A stretch of DNA of 64,000 bases, from positions 5,206 to 69,205 of the forward strand of contig JAEUQI010000003.1 of the NCBI GenBank assembly GCA_016789145.1, given 5' to 3'. The translations under genes were made by a program, and so were the position numbers. A model generated the notes under the pieces. It made no database searches. It worked only from the letters and a program-made list of their open reading frames with translations, and had not been told where the DNA came from. Positions 1 to 8,872 of the stretch are shown here, in pieces; the stretch's first letter is position 1, and each line of letters begins with the position of its first letter. Source of the stretch: Blastocatellia bacterium. GTDB taxonomy: Bacteria > Acidobacteriota > Blastocatellia > Pyrinomonadales > Pyrinomonadaceae.

Positions 1-2
1 TA

Positions 3-1094
3 AATGTCGACAACGGCCGCATTGCTCAGATACTCTACAACACCTGCGACGGGCCTGCCGCCGCGGTAGCTGACGTTACGGCAAAGCTCGACCCTGAGTC
101 GTTCCTCGCATCGGCGATCACTTGGCTTGAGGCTCTCTCGGCACGGAAAAAGGGTCCGATACTTTCCATCAATATCATTGCCGAAAAGCCTCGTGCTGCA
201 AATCTGCAAAAGCTTCACGCTTTGTTGAATGATAAATGGCGTTCGAAGATAAGCATCATTCGCATCGACCGGACCGGCGAATCACCACGGCTGCAGGTGC
301 TTTCGTCAAGGAAACTCAGCGAACTTTGGCGCGAAAAACCACGCAAACTCATACGGCCTGACAGTGAATTGCCCAGCAAATTAGCGCGGCAAATAATGTC
401 GCTTTCCTTTAACAATATCGATAGCGTTAACACCAGAAATGGCGAGACTCTTCGATTCAATGGCCTGCAATTCGCAAGAGTTCGCACGGTAATGAAAACT
501 GAGCGTGCATGGTTTGGCATGAATCGTGAGATGATCCCCTTGACAGAAGCCAGCCGTCCGAAACTGAGTGGCCTTGTGGGTGAACTTGCCAATTATCGCA
601 CGCCGGAATGCACGAATTTGCGTCATCGATATTACAAGGCTTCGCCCGAGGCTTGGCTCGAATCGATCTTGCGACGCGATGTAAATCAGCTCGATCCGAA
701 TCTGTTCGTATCGCCCGTCTATAATCAATTTCGCTCTGCAGGCGACAAAATAGATCTGTTGGCTCTACGCAATGATGGTCGTTTAGTGCTGGTCGAGATC
801 AAGACTTCGCCTGATAGGACGATGCCCTTTCAGGCGGCAGGCTATTGGCGGCGGATCGAGTTGCAGCGGCGCCGCGGCATTCTGGCTGAGGCCGATCTGT
901 TCGAAGGCCGCGAGATCGCAGATGTTCCGACGCTAGTTTATTTGGTCGCCCCGGCGTGGAGCTATCATGCCGATCACGAACGATTTGCGGCAATGGTCTC
1001 GAGAGAGATCGAGATGTGGCGTTTTGAGCTGCACGAAGACTGGCGTCGCGAGATACGCGTGGTCGGACGTTCGAGTGCCCATCACGGCGTTTGA
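3..1094 (+). CDS. Hypothetical protein, 5'-truncated by the window edge, with a C-terminal PD-(D/E)xK (NucS/DUF91-like) nuclease-fold domain
   Basis: The frame of the listed 222..1094 ORF stays open back to base 3 (NVDNGRIAQILYN...), so the true start lies upstream of the window. The C-terminal 'GDKIDLLALRNDGRLVLVEIK' fits the D...E-x-K restriction-endonuclease-fold signature. I recognise no motif in the rest. Confidence 0.55.
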   Translation, partial: NVDNGRIAQILYNTCDGPAAAVADVTAKLDPESFLASAITWLEALSARKKGPILSINIIAEKPRAANLQKLHALLNDKWRSKISIIRIDRTGESPRLQVLSSRKLSELWREKPRKLIRPDSELPSKLARQIMSLSFNNIDSVNTRNGETLRFNGLQFARVRTVMKTERAWFGMNREMIPLTEASRPKLSGLVGELANYRTPECTNLRHRYYKASPEAWLESILRRDVNQLDPNLFVSPVYNQFRSAGDKIDLLALRNDGRLVLVEIKTSPDRTMPFQAAGYWRRIELQRRRGILAEADLFEGREIADVPTLVYLVAPAWSYHADHERFAAMVSREIEMWRFELHEDWRREIRVVGRSSAHHGV

Positions 1095-1789
1095 TTCAGT
1101 CGGTAACCTACGCCGCGAACGGTCTCAACGATCTTAGGATTGTTCGGCTCATCCTCGACGTAGCGCCGCAGACGCACGATAAAATTATCGATCGCTCGCG
1201 TATCGGTATCTTCCTGCAGTTGCCAAACGTCCTCGAGAATAGACTTTCGCGAAACCGGCTTCCCGATGTTTGCGATCAAGTACTCGATCAGCTTTGCCTC
1301 CATCAGCGTCAGCCGAATCACCTCATCGCCTTTAGACAAAGTCAGATTCTCGAGATCGATCTTACGCCCGTTGATATCGAAGATATTTGCATTTCTGGCA
1401 TTCGAAGGCTTACTTCGCGACCAAGAATCGCGTCTGATCAGCCCACTGACTCTCACGAGCAGGATGTTCAGATCGAAAGGCTTTGTGAGGTAATCGTCGG
1501 CTCCTGATTCGAAACCAAGCAACACATCTTCCGGGCGACCCAGAGCTGTCAGCATAAGGATCGGCGTGTAATCGCCGCGTTCTCTCAAATCGGCCGCAAC
1601 CTCAAAGCCGCTTTTGCCGGGCATCATCACGTCGAGAACGATGGCGTCATATTTCGATTCGTTCAATCGTTCGAGAGCGACCTCGCCCGTTGCGGCAACA
1701 TCGGCAGCGTAGCCTTCGGCATCGAAATTAAATCGTAAGCCCTCGGCAAGCGAGAACTCGTCTTCGACGATCAAAACTTTCATTTGCAT
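1082..1789 (-). CDS. OmpR/PhoB-family response regulator (REC plus winged helix)
   Basis: It has 'KVLIVEDE', the acceptor context 'DAIVLDVMMPG', 'LMLTA' and 'TKPF'. The C-terminal winged helix ends in 'VRGVGYRL'. An ATGA overlap with the upstream kinase suggests the real start is Met3 (1783). Confidence 0.9.
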   Translation of the reverse strand: MQMKVLIVEDEFSLAEGLRFNFDAEGYAADVAATGEVALERLNESKYDAIVLDVMMPGKSGFEVAADLRERGDYTPILMLTALGRPEDVLLGFESGADDYLTKPFDLNILLVRVSGLIRRDSWSRSKPSNARNANIFDINGRKIDLENLTLSKGDEVIRLTLMEAKLIEYLIANIGKPVSRKSILEDVWQLQEDTDTRAIDNFIVRLRRYVEDEPNNPKIVETVRGVGYRLNQTP

Positions 1790-2661
1790 GGCAATCTCAT
1801 TACGAACGTGCTGCCGCGGCCCAGTCCGCGGCTCTCGGCAGACACATCGCCGCCATGTTTGCTAACGATAGACGATACGATCCATAGCCCGAGTCCCGTG
1901 CCCTTTATTGGCTTGTCGCTTATATTAGCAACGCGATAAAAGCGCGTGAATATCCGCTTTAGATCGCTACTTTCGATACCCTTGCCGTTATCTTTGATGT
2001 ATAACTCCGCAGTTTTTCCGCTCCTACGCAATTTGATCGAGATCTTGGGCCCATCCGGCGAATACTTGATCGCGTTGTCGATCAGGTTTGCGATCGCTGT
2101 CTGCAATTCCTCACGGACACCATTTACAATAACTGGTTCTGAAGGAACGGTGAGCCTGATCACGCCCTCTTCGAGATGATAACGGCTGTTCGTTACGTAA
2201 ACCGACTCTTCAACCACGGCATTCAGATCGAGGTCGGTTTTGGATTCTAATCGCTGCTTCTCTCGCACCTGGCTTGCTCTCAACACCTGTTCGACGGTAC
2301 CGAGAAGGCGGGCATTATCGGCGAGCATCACGTCGTAGAACTCGCGTCGTTTTGCCTCATCAACGTCGTGCTTCTTGAGAGTATCGAGATAGAGTTTGAT
2401 GGAGGCGATGGGCGTTTTTAGTTCGTGAGTTACGGCGTTAAGGAACGCATCGTGCTGCTCATTTCTGCGGATCTCACGAACAAGGAAGATTGTATTAAGT
2501 ATCAAACCCGTGATGATCAGAGCAAAGAAAACAACTCCGAACACAAGCAGAGCGACTTCGCGTAAACTTAAGATGACCCAACCGATATTTAATGCAACGG
2601 CAAGTGCAGACAAGCAAATGCCGAAGATCAAAAAGAATATCGCTGTCTTACGCCGACGCAT
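1780..2661 (-). CDS. Sensor histidine kinase (HisKA + HATPase_c) with two N-terminal TM helices and no extracytoplasmic domain
   Basis: It has the H-box 'THELKTPIASI', the N-box 'LIDNAIKYS', and G-boxes 'DNGKGI' and 'GTGLGL'. The N-terminus is two hydrophobic helices joined by only about 5 residues. Confidence 0.9.
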   Translation of the reverse strand: MRRRKTAIFFLIFGICLSALAVALNIGWVILSLREVALLVFGVVFFALIITGLILNTIFLVREIRRNEQHDAFLNAVTHELKTPIASIKLYLDTLKKHDVDEAKRREFYDVMLADNARLLGTVEQVLRASQVREKQRLESKTDLDLNAVVEESVYVTNSRYHLEEGVIRLTVPSEPVIVNGVREELQTAIANLIDNAIKYSPDGPKISIKLRRSGKTAELYIKDNGKGIESSDLKRIFTRFYRVANISDKPIKGTGLGLWIVSSIVSKHGGDVSAESRGLGRGSTFVMRLPCK

Positions 2662-2675
2662 GCTAACTAGAAGTT

Positions 2676-2720
2676 AGAAAGTAAAAGGGCAAAAGTAAAT
2701 GTGACATCTACTTTTGCCCT
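2676..2720 (-). terminator. Rho-independent terminator after the desaturase gene
   Basis: A perfect 11-bp stem pairs GGGCAAAAGTA (2687..2697) with TACTTTTGCCC (2709..2719). On the minus strand the stem is followed by TTTTACTTTC. Confidence 0.6.
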
Positions 2721-2742
2721 CGGAAACTTTCCTATCTCTTGA

Positions 2743-3612
2743 TCAGGCAGCCATCTTGATCGCTTCGGTGTTCTTTTCGTCCTCTAGGTCATAGGCGTAA
2801 ACGTCTGTGGCGAGGCCGAGTTTCTCGAGCACTCGGATCTGCATCCAATTGATGTCGAACTCACGCCACGTCAGTCCGTGCTTGGCTGAACGCGGAACGG
2901 CATGATGGTTATTGTGCCAGCCCTCGCCCCAAGTCAACGCAGCAACGACGGCATTGTTTCTGGAGTCGTCACGCACATCGAACCTGCGGCTGCCCCACAT
3001 ATGTGTCGCCGAATTTACGAGCCAGGTAAAATGCCAAAGCATCACGGTTCGTAGGAAGACGGTCGCTAATAGCATAGGCACTCCGCCGATCAAAAATGCA
3101 GCTGCACCGACCACGACGGTAGGCACGTAGTAATACTTTTCGAGTGCTACTAGATATGGATCTTTCAGAAGGTCAGGAGAGTATTTTTCAACGACTGACT
3201 GCGGCTGAACCTGTGCGGTTCCCTTAAATATCCAACCAATGTGTGCCCAATAACCGCCATTTCGTGGGCTATGCGGATCGCGATCCGTATCGGTGAACGC
3301 GTGGTGCAGACGATGCGTTGTGACCCAAGCGATCGGCCCGGACTGAAGCGCGAGAGCACCAAATGTGGCCAGCGTTCGCATCAACCAACGCGGGGTCTTA
3401 AATCCCTTGTGTGTGAGCAAGCGATGATACCCGAGCCCGATGCCAAGGCTTCCGCTGATCCACCATGTCAGAACGAGGGCCGCGAGGCTCGCCCAGTTCA
3501 TCATGAACAACGATACGATCGCGATCACGTGAAATATCGCGACAAGAATGATGGTGTCCCAATTGAGCCTTTGGCTAGCAGGTGATTCAAATTTGATTAC
3601 GTTTGTAGGCAT
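2743..3612 (-). CDS. Membrane acyl-CoA/acyl-lipid fatty acid desaturase (delta-9 type)
   Basis: It carries three His boxes ('HRLLTH', 'HRLHHAFTD', 'HNNHHA') and hydrophobic segments. The start is placed at the second Met (MPTNVIKF); the ORF itself extends to 3657. Confidence 0.85.
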   Translation of the reverse strand: MPTNVIKFESPASQRLNWDTIILVAIFHVIAIVSLFMMNWASLAALVLTWWISGSLGIGLGYHRLLTHKGFKTPRWLMRTLATFGALALQSGPIAWVTTHRLHHAFTDTDRDPHSPRNGGYWAHIGWIFKGTAQVQPQSVVEKYSPDLLKDPYLVALEKYYYVPTVVVGAAAFLIGGVPMLLATVFLRTVMLWHFTWLVNSATHMWGSRRFDVRDDSRNNAVVAALTWGEGWHNNHHAVPRSAKHGLTWREFDINWMQIRVLEKLGLATDVYAYDLEDEKNTEAIKMAA

Positions 3613-3764
3613 TAGTGTTTCCTTGATAGGTATATATCCGGGCGAGTATCGCCTCAATTTCAGCCTAACAGGAATTTCGATCGGCGATTGTAAGAGTTTT
3701 GTAAGAGTTACTTTGCGTACAAATTTGCCGTCGCGAAAGGCGACGACTAAAGTTATTACTGTCG

Positions 3765-4694
3765 ATGGCGAAAAAGAGCGGACTACAGATCAACATTGAA
3801 TACGCTGCGTTCCGGGCTGCCTTTTTTCTGATAGGCATATTGCCGAGAAAGGCGGCGATACGAGTCTGCTCGGCAGCGTTCAAACTTAGTGCGAGATTCG
3901 TCCCGAGAGCAAAGAATGTTGGGTTAAAGAATCTCTCCTTAGCTTTCCCCGAACTAGATGATGCTGAACGTAGGCGAATACTGATCGGCTCTTTCGAGAG
4001 CCTCGGACGCGTCGTCGGAGAACTGAGTCAGTTTCACAAGTACACGCCTGAAACACTTGCCGATATCATCGATTTCAGTTTCGATGAAGAGACGGAAGCA
4101 CTCTATAAGCGAGTCAAGAACGAAAAGCGTGGCGTGCTGCTGGTTACGGGGCATTTTGGGAACTGGGAAATATTGGTTCTCGCGTTTGCGGCGCTTTACG
4201 AGCCGATCAGTTATCTGGCCCGGCCGCTGGATAATCCGAAGATCGAAGAATTGCTGTCGTCACTTAGGATGCGGTTTGGGAATACGCCTATTAACAAGTC
4301 GAATTCTGCGATGACCGCGATCAGCGTCCTGAAAACGAAATTCGGTCTTGGCATCCTGGCTGACGTCAACGCCCATCCACGCGAAGGCGTTTTCGTTCCT
4401 TTCTTCGGAGTCCCTGCCTGCACGCCAACGGGAGCAGCAATGATCGCGATCCGTTCCAACGCTTACCTGTATCCCGTCGCCTGTGTATGGGACAAAGAGA
4501 AGTCTCGTTATAGGTTCATACACGGAAAGCTGATGGAGACCGCAAATACCGGAGACCGAAAGCGTGACGTGCTTGAGACCACCGCTGCATTTACGGCAGA
4601 GCTTGAGTCCCTGATCCGACAGTATCCCGAACAATGGATGTGGACCCACAAACGTTGGAAAACGCGTCCGCCCGGCGAAGACCCGATCTACTGA
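3765..4694 (+). CDS. LpxL/HtrB/MsbB-family late (lipid A / lysophospholipid) acyltransferase
   Basis: It has an N-terminal membrane anchor and the 'TGHFGNWE' catalytic motif characteristic of the lauroyl/myristoyl acyltransferase family. It is divergent from the desaturase. Confidence 0.8.
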   Translation: MAKKSGLQINIEYAAFRAAFFLIGILPRKAAIRVCSAAFKLSARFVPRAKNVGLKNLSLAFPELDDAERRRILIGSFESLGRVVGELSQFHKYTPETLADIIDFSFDEETEALYKRVKNEKRGVLLVTGHFGNWEILVLAFAALYEPISYLARPLDNPKIEELLSSLRMRFGNTPINKSNSAMTAISVLKTKFGLGILADVNAHPREGVFVPFFGVPACTPTGAAMIAIRSNAYLYPVACVWDKEKSRYRFIHGKLMETANTGDRKRDVLETTAAFTAELESLIRQYPEQWMWTHKRWKTRPPGEDPIY

Positions 4695-4771
4695 CTTCGT
4701 TTCGTTGGCCGATTGCTCGCGAGAGAGCATAACTATATACTCGCATTTGAATTGTTAGGCAGGAAAACGCT

Positions 4772-5053
4772 ATGGCAACCGGAACAGTTGAAGAACGAGT
4801 ACGACAAGTATTCGCCGATTTTAAGAAAGTATCTGTTGATGAGATCAAGAGCGAGACTACGTTCGAAGAGCTGGGTTTTGATTCGCTCGATGGTTTGAAT
4901 CTTATTTTCGAACTGGAGGAGGCGTTCGACATTATGATCCCGGATGACAAGGTTCAGTCAATGAAGAGCGTCGCCGAGGCAGTCGAGGGCATCGAATGGC
5001 TCTTGGCAAATCCTGATCAAATGGCGAACGTCCCACGCCCCCCGGCAGCATAG
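4772..5053 (+). CDS. Acyl carrier protein (dedicated copy)
   Basis: It has the phosphopantetheine attachment motif 'LGFDSLDGLNLIFELEEAF' and is about 90 aa, acidic. Confidence 0.85.
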   Translation: MATGTVEERVRQVFADFKKVSVDEIKSETTFEELGFDSLDGLNLIFELEEAFDIMIPDDKVQSMKSVAEAVEGIEWLLANPDQMANVPRPPAA

Positions 5054-5060
5054 ACCGCTA

Positions 5061-6272
5061 ATGAATAGAGTTGTAATTACCGGCGTTGGAGTCGTATCGG
5101 CAATTGGAAAGAACGTTGGCGAATTTTGGGATTCGCTGAGCAACGGCCGCTCCGGCATAGGGCCAATTTCTAAACTAGATAATTCGACGATCCGCTTTCG
5201 CAACGCCGCTGAGATCAAGGGCTTTGACGGACTCGAACATTTCGAGGAAAAGAATCTGCTCTGGCTCGATCCGTTCGCTCAATACGGAATTGTTGCTGCC
5301 CGCGAGGCTGTAAATGCCTCAGGTATCGAATTCGACGACAAACTAAAGGATCGCTGCGGCGTCATCACCGGCTCGTGTCTCGGCGGGAAGATGACCGAGG
5401 ATGAGCTCTATTACAAGCTCTACGCCGAGGGCCAACAGCGGCATCAGCCGATCGCCATTCCCCGCGGTATGAGCAACGCCGTTGCGAGCCACGTGTCGAT
5501 GGAGTATGGGCTGACCGGAGCAACATTCACGACCTCGACAGCGTGTTCGTCGGCAAATCATGCGATCGGACAAGCGTTTTGGCTCGTCAGGCAGGGCACG
5601 TTAGATGCGGCGATCACAGGTGGTAGCGAGGCTCCGATCTGCTACGGGAACCTCAAGGCTTGGGAAACGATGCGGGTTGTTTCTCCCGACACATGCCGAC
5701 CGTTCTCGAAAGACCGCACCGGAATGATACTAGGCGAGGGAGCCGCGATGTTCGTCATTGAGTCGCTAGAACGCGCCCAAGCCCGAGGTGCTGAGATCAT
5801 AGCCGAGATCGTCGGGTTTGGAATGTCGGCCGACGCTCATCATTTGACGATGCCGCTTGCCAACGGGGCCGCAAAGGCAATGCGGCAGGCTCTCGAAGAC
5901 GGAAATGTCGCGGTTGAAGAAGTAGGCTATGCCAACGCCCATGGCACGGCAACACAGGCGAACGACACAATGGAAGCCGAAGCTCTCGGCATCGTGTTCG
6001 GCGAGCATGTAAAGAATGTCGCTGTTAGTTCGACCAAGTCGATGCACGGCCATGCTCTCGGTGCCGCCGGCGCGATAGAAGCGGCCGCGACCGTTCTCGG
6101 ACTTAGGAACAAACTATTGCCGCCAACCGCTAACTTCACCGAAATAGATCCGCAATGTAACGTCGATGTCATCGCCAACAAGGCTCGTCCGGCTGATGTC
6201 GATGCGGCTATCTCGTCGTCGTTTGCATTCGGCGGGCTAAACGCCGTGCTGGCTTTCCGTAGCTGGCAATAA
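5061..6272 (+). CDS. Beta-ketoacyl-ACP synthase (FabF/FabB-like KAS)
   Basis: The Cys-His-His triad contexts 'TACSSANHA', 'NAHGTAT' and 'KSMHGHALGAAG' are present. It starts 8 nt after the ACP stop. Confidence 0.9.
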   Translation: MNRVVITGVGVVSAIGKNVGEFWDSLSNGRSGIGPISKLDNSTIRFRNAAEIKGFDGLEHFEEKNLLWLDPFAQYGIVAAREAVNASGIEFDDKLKDRCGVITGSCLGGKMTEDELYYKLYAEGQQRHQPIAIPRGMSNAVASHVSMEYGLTGATFTTSTACSSANHAIGQAFWLVRQGTLDAAITGGSEAPICYGNLKAWETMRVVSPDTCRPFSKDRTGMILGEGAAMFVIESLERAQARGAEIIAEIVGFGMSADAHHLTMPLANGAAKAMRQALEDGNVAVEEVGYANAHGTATQANDTMEAEALGIVFGEHVKNVAVSSTKSMHGHALGAAGAIEAAATVLGLRNKLLPPTANFTEIDPQCNVDVIANKARPADVDAAISSSFAFGGLNAVLAFRSWQ

Positions 6273-6280
6273 TCAGACCT

Positions 6281-7078
6281 ATGAAGTTTCGCTTACAGTT
6301 TGTCATAGTCTCGATCATAGTTTTCAGCAGTATTGCATTCGGGCAGCAACGTCTATTGGTCGTTGGAGGCGGCGCAAGGCCGGCCGATGCGATGAAGAAA
6401 TTTGTCGAATGGAGCGGTGGGCAAAAATCACAGATCCTCGTAATAACGTGGGCGAGCGGCGTGCCTGAGGAGAGTTTTGTCTCGCTCCAAAAGCAGTTTA
6501 CCGAATCAGGTTCGCCATCCGTCATCCACGCCGCTACACGGCCTCTGGACGCAGAAAAGAAAGCAAAATTCATTGCGCAGTTGGGTGCCGCAACCGGCGT
6601 CTTCTTCTCAGGCGGCGACCAGAATCGCACGATGGACGTCCTTGCAGATGCTGAGTTGCTCAAGCTCATTCGCGAGAAATACGCGAACGGCATTCCATTT
6701 GGCGGCACAAGTGCCGGAGCCGCCGTCATGTCCGACCCTATGATGACCGGCGATGCTGATCTGAAGATACTCGACGGAAAGAAAGTCGGCGTCCGCGGCG
6801 GCCTCGGCCTCATTCCGAACGTGATGTTCGATCAGCATTTCCTCGTTCGCCAACGCCACAATCGCTTATTCGGATTCATCATCGAAAATTCAAAATACCT
6901 CGGCGTCGGCATCGACGAAGACACCGCCGTCCTCATCGAAGACAATCGACAACTAACTGTCGCCGGAGCAACACAAGTGATGTTTGTTGATAATGCTAAT
7001 GCAAAGAACGGTATGACCGTATTCTTTCTCAAGCCGACGGAAAAATTCGACCTGAAAAAAAGAAAGCCGACTAAGTGA
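6281..7078 (+). CDS. Secreted peptidase S51, cyanophycinase-like
   Basis: It has a signal peptide ([21 protein letters not shown]), 'FFSGGDQ', the nucleophile context '[11 protein letters not shown]' and 'FDQHF'. Confidence 0.75.
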   Translation: MKFRLQFVIVSIIVFSSIAFGQQRLLVVGGGARPADAMKKFVEWSGGQKSQILVITWASGVPEESFVSLQKQFTESGSPSVIHAATRPLDAEKKAKFIAQLGAATGVFFSGGDQNRTMDVLADAELLKLIREKYANGIPFGGTSAGAAVMSDPMMTGDADLKILDGKKVGVRGGLGLIPNVMFDQHFLVRQRHNRLFGFIIENSKYLGVGIDEDTAVLIEDNRQLTVAGATQVMFVDNANAKNGMTVFFLKPTEKFDLKKRKPTK

Positions 7079-8075
7079 GCTTTCTCGCCTGCGATTGCAC
7101 TGCCGTTATGGCAACTGCATCAACGATGTCTTCGGCTTTGCAGCCTCGCGATAGGTCGTTGCAGGGGCGGTCGAGGCCTTGGAGAATGGGGCCGATTGCC
7201 GCGCCGCCCGTGAGGCGTTCGGTTAGTTTGTAGGCGATGTTTCCGGCGTTGAGGTCCGGGAAGATGAGCACGTTGGCTCGGCCGGCGACGTTTGACGCCG
7301 GAGCTTTTGACGAGGCGACGGATGGCACAAGAGCAGCGTCAGCTTGGAGTTCGCCATCGATGACGAGTTCGGGCATTCTGGCACGGACGGTCTTAGTTGC
7401 TTCGACGACCTTGTCGATCTGTTGGTGTTTCGCACTGCCTTTTGTGGAGAACGACAGCATCGCCACTCGCGGTTCCGCCTCAAGTAACGCCCGGCACGAA
7501 TCGGCCGATGCGATAGCGATCTCAGCAAGTTCGCCTGAGTCAGGATCGATAACGACGCCGCAATCGGCATAGATCATCGCACCTTTCTCGCCAAATTTCT
7601 TATCCGGCACGACCATCAGAAAGAAGGACGAGACGGTCTTCATTCCGGCTTTCACACCGATGCAACGCAATGCCGCTGCGACCGTGTGAGCTGTCGTGTT
7701 TGTTGCCCCCGCAACGCTGCCGTCGGCTTTGCCTTCGCGAACGAGCAAGTTTCCGAAATACAAAGGATCGCGGACGGCCTGTTCGGCTTCTTCAAGCGTG
7801 GTGCCTTTTGCACGGCGCATTTGATGATACAAATTGGCGAACTTCGCTCGTTCGTGGGACGTTTTATGATCGATGATCTCGACGCCGTTGAGATTTGCTC
7901 CTGCCTTTGCGGCTTGTTCGCGGATGACGGATTCGGAACCAATGAGCGTGATCTTGGCAATCCGATCACGCGAACAGATGGCCGCAGCCTCAATGGTGCG
8001 AATGTCTTCGCCCTCGGGCAAGATGATGTGTTGGATGTCGGCGGCGGCTCGCTCGCGAATTCGTTGCAAGATCAT
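7071..8075 (-). CDS. pta: Phosphate acetyltransferase
   Basis: It resembles a PTA_PTB domain along its full length ('[15 protein letters not shown]', 'REGKADG', 'SFSTKGS', '[12 protein letters not shown]'). It overlaps the previous gene convergently by 8 nt. Confidence 0.85.
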   Translation of the reverse strand: MILQRIRERAAADIQHIILPEGEDIRTIEAAAICSRDRIAKITLIGSESVIREQAAKAGANLNGVEIIDHKTSHERAKFANLYHQMRRAKGTTLEEAEQAVRDPLYFGNLLVREGKADGSVAGATNTTAHTVAAALRCIGVKAGMKTVSSFFLMVVPDKKFGEKGAMIYADCGVVIDPDSGELAEIAIASADSCRALLEAEPRVAMLSFSTKGSAKHQQIDKVVEATKTVRARMPELVIDGELQADAALVPSVASSKAPASNVAGRANVLIFPDLNAGNIAYKLTERLTGGAAIGPILQGLDRPCNDLSRGCKAEDIVDAVAITAVQSQARKLT

Positions 8076-8176
8076 GATCTGAACCTAGAATTTACCATAC
8101 AACTAAATCCGACAAAACTTGCACAAAGCACAGGTTGTTTCTAGACTTGGGTCTATACACGGAGAACGTAGATAAA

Positions 8177-8707
8177 ATGAGCAAGCTCGTAAAAACAGAA
8201 AAGCGGATCGCACGCAGCGAAAGGTCGGAGATGAAAGGTCGGCTCAGAAGCTTTTTGATGTTTCTGCCAAACCTGGTCGTTCTGCTCGGACGCTTGCTCA
8301 AGGATGGGCGAGTTCCGACGGCTGAGAAGGCACTATTCCTAGGAGCGATCGTTTATGTGATCTCGCCGCTCGATTTTATTCCTGACGTTTTGCCGTTCAT
8401 TGGTCAGATCGACGACCTTTACTTAGTTGCACTTACGCTATTGAGATTGGTGAATCGTACGGACGAAACCGTCGTACGCGAACTATGGCCCGGCGGCGGC
8501 GACATCGTGTCGCTGGCTGATTCGATCGCAGCGATCGCACCGAAATTCTTGCCGCGTCGAATTGCTCGTGTGCTCACCTCAAAGGTCGAACTCGCACCGG
8601 CTGGTAAGATGCTTCGCGGTGTCACAAAACGTGACCAAGCCATCGTACGCGAGATCGTTGGGGACGACCACTTTGATCTTGAACCACTCTCGGCGCGACC
8701 GAACTAA
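8177..8707 (+). CDS. DUF1232 (YkvA-like) membrane protein
   Basis: It has 'ISPLDFIPDVLPFIGQIDDLYL', the DUF1232 hallmark. I prefer the ATG at 8177, which has GGAGAA about 10 nt upstream, over the listed TTG at 8135. Confidence 0.7.
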   Translation: MSKLVKTEKRIARSERSEMKGRLRSFLMFLPNLVVLLGRLLKDGRVPTAEKALFLGAIVYVISPLDFIPDVLPFIGQIDDLYLVALTLLRLVNRTDETVVRELWPGGGDIVSLADSIAAIAPKFLPRRIARVLTSKVELAPAGKMLRGVTKRDQAIVREIVGDDHFDLEPLSARPN

Positions 8708-8872
8708 TTTTTCTCAATAAATTGCTCAACAAATCTGGATTTACGATTGCTTTGCGCGTTTTAGGATAACTAAGCTCGTAAGGCAGTTTTTTCTTTTAAA
8801 ATTTAACGAAATGGAGTCCCATCTCGGCTATAATTGTTTTCAGTCGATATCGCTGGGGAAGTTGTCCTATTT

